This document shows, one piece after another, positions 55,912 to 64,000 of a stretch of 64,000 nt of DNA; within the stretch, counting starts at the first letter, position 1; each line of letters opens with the position of its first letter. The stretch lies in contig DF237288.1 in NCBI GenBank assembly GCA_000708835.1, positions 1 through 64,000 on the forward strand, written 5' to 3'. The notes beneath the pieces are model-generated. The model was not told the origin of the DNA, did not search any database, and was given only the letters and a program-made list of their open reading frames with translations. A program made the position numbers and the translations under genes. The stretch comes from Klebsormidium nitens (lineage: Eukaryota > Plantae > Klebsormidiophyceae).

Positions 55912-58900
55912 ATGGCGGCCAATGGGAGCAACCCCGCTCCTTCGGAAGAGAGCATCGACAGCGCCACCTTCAGCAGCCGCCTGCAGACCTTGTATGCCAG
56001 CTGGGAGGTGAGGGTCACCCTGCTACTTCGGCATGCCACCCACCATGACCTGGCCACACAACATTTGCGCGTTGCGTTTTGAGTGCTCTGTGGCTGCATC
56101 ATTGAGACTTGACATAGCGCCTACTCATTTCCCTGCAGGCTTCGCGCGCATCGCTGTGGGGTGGTGCGCAGGCACTGGCGGTGGCCAGCGGGCCGGGCAG
56201 CGAGGACCTACGGTACCTTAAGTCTTCCGCTTTGCAGCTCTGGCTCCTCGGGTAAGGGCACCGGCCAGTGCCACCACGCGCATATGAGGGATCAGGGAAG
56301 GGCCAGCTGTGTTGTTTGCTGTGGATTGACTATCATTGGTTATGCACCTTCTGCCCAGAGAGTCACCAATCTCGCGGTTGTTTGCAGGTTTGAGTTCCCA
56401 GAGACCATCATGGTGTTCCTTGCCGGAGGCGTCCACTTCATCTGCAGCAAAAAGAAGGGTGAGATCCTCTGTCAATTGAACCTCCTGCATGTCAGCATTA
56501 GCACTTGTCCGCATACCAATCAAGCAATCTTCTGGGTATTAGCCCCACCAAGGTTGCCTGACACAGCTTTATTTTTTCTTGCAGCTGGTATGTTGGAGGC
56601 GGCCAAAGCAAGCTTCCCTGAAGACCTTAAAGTGCAGGTAAGTTTCTCGCACCGACCGGCTCACGCATCTGCCTTCAAGTGGAAATTTTCAATCTAGGCT
56701 TGTGTGCAAATTGGGTCCACTATCCCCTCTGATGGCATTCCATTTGACCCGGCATGTGTTTGTCCAGGTCCAGATCCATGTGAAGGGCCGCAGCGATGAC
56801 GGGGCCACCCATATTGCGGCGGTGCTGATTGCGCTCAAAGAGAGCAGCGGGGCGACCCCGGCAGTGGGCTGGCTGCCCAAGGAGAAGCCGGAGGGCGACC
56901 TCATGACCAGGTGGGCGTGGCAGGAAAAGCCCACCGCGCCGCTGGCCCCTGGCTAAACGCCATGCTGTCAAGCAGTGTGCCGGGCAGGAGCGAAGCTGCC
57001 ATCCTTTGTTGGCTGTTGTGGGCTCGTCGCTTACTGATGGGCCCACGGCACTCCGCTGCAGGTGGGCGAGTGCGCTGTCTGCGAGTGGGGCGACGCTGGT
57101 GGACGCCGCGCCCGGGCTGGCGTACCTGCTGGCCACCAAGGACGAGGCAGAGGTATGCACCGCAGCGGCATGGCAAAGACTCTGGGGCTGTGCCAGTCAC
57201 GTCGTCGTGCTCCACGATTCGTGGCTACGCCTTTGCTCTACAGCTGACGAAATGTGTTGGGGTGTGCAGATCGTGAACGTGAAGCGGGCCGCCCTCCTGG
57301 CCGCCCAGGTCCTCAAGGTGGGCACTTGCTGCGTCCCTGGTCCAAATCAACTTCCTGCGATTTGCCGGTGTAGTTCAGTTTGTTACCTTCGAATCATGAG
57401 TCCGCAAGCGTAACACGTGGGTTGTTTCGGTTGCAGATGCACGCCATCGTGCAGGTCGAAGAGATCATCGACCAGGAGAAGACTGTAACGCATGCCAAGC
57501 TCTCCGAAGAGTGAGCCCTCTGTATCCAGCTCTTGCTGTGCCACGGGGGGGTATTTCCGTTTCTTTTGCAATTTGACGTGATGTTGTACCGCCCTGCCTG
57601 TTCCATCCAAAAGCTCGATTCTTTGTTTGAGCATGCCTTGCTTCGAAGGTTGTGTCTGCCTAATGCTGGCTGTACTCGTGGCGCAGTGCGGAGGCAGCGC
57701 TGCTAGAGCCGTCCCGTGTCAAAGTTAAGTTGAGGTGAGAGGGTTTATGTTTCATGACAGTCTTTGAGACGTTGAGGCTGGAGCCGCCAACCTGTTGTGA
57801 TGTTTCATCCCAACACGCCGACTGCAAGAAAAAGCTACTGTGCTGGCAGGATGTCTGTAAAATACTTTGGACGCAAAGCCGTCTTGCGTAGTGATTCAAC
57901 TTTTCGTGACGAGGCTGCCTGACCAAGCTGTATTTGCTGGCCTTCAGGGCGGAGAACGTGGACTTGGCATATCCCCCCATTTTCCAGAGCGGGTGAGACA
58001 TGCAACCCAGATGCTTTTGTCTGGGACTAAATATATGTGTCCCCAAATATATATCTGGGGCTCTTGTACCGGTGCACAGCAAACGATTTGCTCAAGGCTT
58101 TTCTTTCAACTAGGGACTGAGGTTTCGTTGAGTGTCAAGGAGCTGATATGGGAACGACATCTAGGATTGCACAGCATCATGCACGATTAGATCAACAACC
58201 AAGACTCGATGCGTGATGGCATGTGTTTGATCAAGGCTGCGCTTCACTCTGAGACACGCACTGTCACCGTTGTTTCCGTGTTCCGAAGAGCCGCTACATC
58301 AGCCTTCGCTCCACTGACACCCGTTTTCGTCGGTGACCTGCAGGGGGGAGTACGACATCCGCCCTGCTGCTGAGAGCAGCCCGGGAACTTTGGATTTTGG
58401 TGAGGCGCGGAAGGCACGGGCACAAGAAGCAGCAGGAAGATGCGAAGGGGCCGTTTCTTGTCGCTACATGTCAGCTGCTCCGGTCGCCCCCCTCTGATAG
58501 CGGGCGGCCATGCGCGAATTGGTCTTGCATGACTGCTTTGATAAGTGCCATGGTTGGTCGGACGTGCAGGGACGTGTGGGGTGATCCTGCTGGCCGTTGG
58601 GGCCAAGTACAACTCGTACTGCGCCACGCTGGCGCGCTCCCTCCTCATCGACTCCACCAAGAAACAGGAACAGGTCGGCCCACGTGCCTCCCTGCCATAG
58701 CCGCTCTCTGTCTCTCCAAGTGACTACGTCTGGGTGTCGAGTCGCTGAATCTTGCAAACGGCCTTAACTTGGAATCGATTTCGATGGTTGCAATTCGATG
58801 GTTGCGAAAGTCAGGGCGGAGGGCGAAACTGAATTCCCGGGAGGGAGAAAAGAGAACGGAGATCCAGCATGCAAACTTGTACTAGTTTGTTCAAGTTTCT

Positions 58901-61900
58901 TTGTTCGTAGATTCTGGATAGACATTGGAGAACGAGCCCCACTACTGGCCCGGTTTGTGGCGAGAGCAGGGCATTCACACTGCTGCTTTGCTTGTGTGCA
59001 GGTGTACAAGGCCTTGTTGCGTGCTCAGGAGGCGGTCATTGCCGCGCTGCGCCCTGGGGCGCGCCTGGCCGACGTTTATCAGGTGAGCCTTCCGCCCCTC
59101 CGGTCACGGATCTTTTCCTCCTGCTTCTCCCGGCTTGGCTGGCAGACCCGACCCGCTTCGCTCGCTGGCTCGAAAGCATCTTGGTTGTGGGCTATCAGAA
59201 GGTCCGCTCCTCGTCTCTTCATCATAATTGGCGGTTGTTTTCATCCAGGCGGGCGTAGCAGTGGTGCAGGCGGACGCCCCGGATGCAGTGCCCTTCCTGT
59301 CCAAGACGTTTGGCAGCAGTATCGGTGAGCGGCGCCTCCCGCCAGCTGCCTTTTTCTCCATGAACCTGCTCATTAGAGGCAGTCCGTGAGCGCACACCAC
59401 CCCCTTTGGGTGCCCAATTTTGCGGTCTGCTTGCCCCGCCCCGGGTCGTCCAGCCCCATTGATCTGTGCGGCTTCTGTTCAGGGCTGGAGCTGCGTGAGG
59501 GCACCTACTCCATCAGTCCCAAGAACAAGGAGACCGTGCGGCCCCACATGTGCTTCAACGTTGCGGTGAGCACCCCCGAAGCCAGCTAGCCGCAGCCACA
59601 TCGATAACCCCTCATCGATGAAGTGCCCAGGCCCAGACTCCCTTTGTGTGCTCATTTCGTATCCCTGCGCTCTTGCTGCTGGTCCCGGCCTGCTTTCCTC
59701 CTGCCGCCCTTCGTCTGTGTCGCGACCGTGTGCCTCCCCCCCCCGTGCAGCTGGGCGTGCAGGCGGTGCCCAACCCGGAGGCTCCGGCGGGGGCGTCCCG
59801 CGAGTACGCCCTGCTGCTGGCCGACACCGTCATCGTGAAGCAAGACCAGGCCGAGGTGCGACCCCGCTCCTCTCTCGCACACCTCCGCTCCCGTGTGACT
59901 GCCACTCGTCTCGTATCATTGCTCTCCCCTTCGCTGCCCCTCTGGGTGTCCTTCGTCCTGACCGCCCTTCTCCTGCCGCTTGTCTGCAGGTGGCCACTGC
60001 CTCGTGCTCCCGCGCCTGGAACGAGATTGCTTACTCCTTCAAGGTGACCGCTGTCCCCTTGTCCGCGCTTTGTGCTTGTGCTGCTCGGTTGGCGTCCTGC
60101 TTTTCTGCGTGGCCTCTGCCTGTAACCACTCCTGCTTGTGGCCCCCCGCGCCATGGCCGTACTTGGCCCCGCCGGCTGATGACGCGAGCTGCTCCGCTGT
60201 GCAGGATGGAGACGACGAGGAGCCCGACGTGAAGCCGCCTCCCCCGCCACCGCGCCGGGCCGCTGCCGCCGTGGATGCGAAGAATACGCTGCGCTCAGAG
60301 AAGGAGCTGAACAAGGAAGGTAAGCCACCAGCATGGCCGCTTACTGGGCATCGATGTGACGGCCGGAAGAGAACGGCATGCATGATCGTCGTTGGCTTAA
60401 ACTGGATTCTACGTCGTGGTATTGAAGGGGTTGTCCGCCGATGGGCCACCGAGCGCGCTCCTGGCCGTGTGCAGAGGAGCGCAAGCGGACGCAGGCGGAG
60501 CTGGTGGCGCAGAAGAACGAGGAGACGCGGCGCCGCATCCTGGACATGGCCAACGGAGGCGCAGGGGGCTCAGGCGGGGGCGCAGGCGGGGGCGGCGGGC
60601 GCGGGGGCGGCGGAGAGGTGGTGGCGTACCGCGGGGTGGACGACATTCCGAGCAGCCGCGAGCTGATGATCCAGGTGGACCAGCGCAACGAGGCCGTGCT
60701 GCTGCCCATCTACGGCCTCATGGTGCCCTTCCACGTGGCCACCATCAAGAACGTGACCAGCTCCCAGGACGGCGGCATCAGCCTGATCCGCATCAACTTC
60801 AACGTGCCCGGCGCAGCGTTCGGCGCGGGGTACACCCCGGCCGTGAAGTACCCGGACTCGGTGTTTTTGCGCGAGGTGTCGTACCGCAGCAGCGACGCGC
60901 GGCACAGCAACCAGGTGGTGCAGCTGCTCAAGACGATGCGCCGCCAGGTGGCGCAGCGGGAGAACGAGCGGGCGGAGCGCGCCACCCTCGTCACCCAAGA
61001 GCGCCTCCAGCTCCTCAAGGGCCGCGCGCCTCGGCTGAGCGACGTCTGGATCCGGCCCAACTTTGGCGGGCGCGGCAAGAAAGCGACCGGGACACTGGAG
61101 GCGCATGCTAACGGGTTCCGCTACGCCACCAACAAGGCGGACGAGCGGCTCGACATCATGTACGGCAACATCAAGCACGCCGTCTTCCAGGTGGGAACTC
61201 GCGGCGCCACGCCCGCAAAGCCCGCGCTCTTGACGCCTCCCGCTGCCTGGCTGCCCGTGTGCATGTTGGCCTGTCGCAGTGGGTGCTGACGGGTGGGCGT
61301 GCGCGTGTGCGTGGGTGCAGCCTGCGGACAACGAGATGATCACGCTGATCCACTTCCACCTGCACCACCCCATCATGCTGGGCAAGAAGAAGACGCAGGA
61401 CGTGCAGTTCTACGCCGAGGTCATGGACGTCGTGCAGACCGTCCACAGCGGCCGCCGCGCCATGTGAGCCCCGCCGCACCCCGCTCCTGCCCGTCCCTCG
61501 ACGTCCCCTGCAAGTTGCACGGACGGCCGGGTGCCCCGTGCGCCTTGGATGGTCTGGCAATGCGGGCAGTGCTGACGGGGTGCTGGCGCATTTGTGGTGC
61601 AGGTACGACCCGGACGAGATCGAGGAGGAGCAGCGGGAGCGCGAACGACGCAACAAGATCAACAAGGACTTTGAAAACTTTGTGAAAAGGGTGAGGCACC
61701 GCCACCCTTCGCCCGCCCCTGTTAGCAAACATCCGGTGGCCTCGTGAAGCATTCGATGACAATCTCTAGCGGCCCAGTCCTGGAGGCGCAGGCGCTGACG
61801 TGTGGCGTGCCGTTGTGGGTTGGGCGCAGGCGCAGGAGCTATTCGGGCAGCTGGACCTAGAGTTCGACGTGCCGTTCAACCAGTTCGCGTTCACGGGGGT

Positions 61901-63506
61901 GCCCTTCAAGACCTCCGCCAAGATCATCCCCTGCGTCAATTGCTTGGTTAGCCCCCCGCCCCTGCGTGCGCAACTCGTCAACGGCTCTTGCTTCGGAGTG
62001 CCGCAAGGGACAGCGGTGCAGCGGCTGCTGCAGACTTCGGCTCTCGCATCCTGCTGACGTTTGCGAGGAGCCCTTGTTGTGGATTGACATATCGATCCGG
62101 CTTGTTGCCTCCGCTTGTCGTACCCTCCGCACCATCAGCTAAGTCGTCGTGATGTCTGTACCTCGCTCGCCTGACCCGCGGTCGTACGTGCGTGCTGCGC
62201 CAGGTGTCACTGATTGAGGTGCCATTCCTGGTGGTGACGCTGGACGAGATCGAGATTGTCAGTCTGGAGCGTGTGGGAATGAGCAAGAAGAGCTTCGACA
62301 TGACCATCGTCTTCAAGGTGCGCCATGCGCCGCACTCGGCCCGCGTCTGCACGGCGCTGTACTGCCGCAACCCTAGCTCTCTGCCTTCCATACAAATATG
62401 TCTCTATTGTCGCCTTTGGGGCGCTTGCAAGTGTCCGACTTCTCAGGCAACTGCCCCGCTCTCTGCCTGCTTCTTCCTGTTGTTGCATCTCCTCTTCTGA
62501 CCCGGCCCGGCTGTGTTGCCAGGACTTCCGGAAGGACGTCCACCGCATCGATGCTATCCCCACTGCCTCGCTGGAGATGATCAAAGAGTGAGCCGTCGCC
62601 CCCGGGCCACCAGCCTCCAACGTCCTCGCCCGAGTCTGCGGGTAGCCCAGCTTTTTGAAGCTTGGTGCAAAGCGCATTGCCAATAGCTGTCTCTGCCGAC
62701 GGTCCCCGTCGTGTTTTGCTTGCTTGCGGGCGGGTGTGCCGGGGTTGCCTGACGGTGGCTGTTTGTTGGCGCTGCGTGCAGCTGGTTGACGAGCATGAAG
62801 ATCAAGTACTATGAGAACCGGCTGAACCTGGTGTGGAAGCCCATTTTGCGCACCATCCTGGACGACCCCGACAAGTTCCTCGAGGACGGCGGCTGGGAGT
62901 TCCTCAACGCGGACGCCTCCGACGAGGAAGGCGGCTCCGATGAGGAGTCCGACGCGTACGAGCCGTCCGACGAGGAAGCCGCCTCCGAGTCGTCCGAGGT
63001 GCGCCCCGCCCCGCACAGCAGGCATGCACACATATGGCGTCGACCCTGCGGGTGCTCAGGAGTGCTGGCGTGAGGTGCTGTGCAGCGGGGATAAGTTCGC
63101 TCACTTTGGCGGCTGCGCTGACGCGGTGGCGGGTGGGTGCAGGAGGAGGACGACGAGAGCGTGGTGGCGTCCGACGAGGACGACGAGGACGGCAGCAGCG
63201 GCAGCGACGAGGACGAGGAGGAGGGCATGGACTGGGACGAGCTCGAGGAGCAGGCCGCCAGGTGCGACGCCCGTCCCACACACTGGCCGCCACACCCAGC
63301 CCCTGCGCAGCGGGTTAATAACCAGCGACGTGCCGGTGGTGGTGTAACTGATGCCAGACTGACGCCATGCTGTGGGCTTGTGGTACAGGGAGGACCGGGA
63401 TCGCAGCGATGAAGACGACAGTGAAGACGACCGGCGGCGGAAGAAAGGCAAGGGGCGGCCGCCAGACCGCCGGGGAGCGCCGCCGAGCAAGAAGATGCGG
63501 CGATGA
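55912..63506 (+). CDS. SPT16: FACT complex subunit SPT16, multi-exon
   Basis: [23 protein letters not shown]|[84 protein letters not shown]-type [21 protein letters not shown], acidic tail with [11 protein letters not shown]. Confidence 0.96.
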
Positions 63507-64000
63507 GGAGACCATCTCGAAAGCCCAAAGCCTTGGCCAGGGAACTGGTCGAGTTAAGACATCTGCGGAACTGCTTTGTTGGGCCGACACTAGAAAAGCA
63601 TTCTGGGAGAGCTTCATTCCATCAGATGTATGTGCGATTTAACCACGATACAGGCCTTCGAAGATCGTGTGCAAGGCGTTTTATTGTCATTCTTTCGATC
63701 AATAAAGGCATGTAAAAGCGCTAATTGACAGCATTGTCGAGTACACTGCAAATGGCATGCAGTGTGCTGGGTGGTGCTGCTTGACAGCTGCAATCCTGTG
63801 CCACAAGTACTTGATTACTTGTATGATCCCAAACCTATGCCATGCTAAACCGCCAGCTCGCCTTGGTCGCAAGAAATTAGATCGTGCAAACTCGGTCCAA
63901 CATAGTCGGGATTTCCAAGTAAACCTTCATGCAGATTTCGGAGGCCAAATGTTGTTGTTGCACGTCACCGCAGTACAATCAGGTTAGGCAACGTTCGAAT

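Overview
Intron-rich eukaryotic nuclear DNA (GT-AG introns of roughly 100-800 bp). The gene set and recalled protein similarities are streptophyte-like, probably a charophyte alga such as Klebsormidium (inference, no database search run). Left to right: a PIF/Harbinger transposase split by a 4-nt insertion and a repeat-rich tract; U11/U12 snRNP 59K (PDCD7) head-to-head with RAD54; two deeply diverged monoacylglycerol lipase (CSE-like) paralogs flanking a small, intronless, bacterial-type frameshifted gene; an orphan acidic protein ending in -SRL; a STE20/MAP4K kinase head-to-head with an ABC1 kinase/beta-lactamase fusion; an orphan coiled-coil gene; OXA1 head-to-head with SPT16. Two MITEs were found with terminal inverted repeats and target-site duplications: a hAT-type one (8-bp TSD) and a Tc1/mariner-type one (TA TSD). 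No rRNA, tRNA, CRISPR or large novel multi-gene system is supported. The best leads are the bacterial-type gene at 22.7-23.0 kb, a duplicated splice donor in RAD54, and the different intron sets of the two lipase paralogs. Exon structures were reconstructed by eye, so boundaries are approximate.
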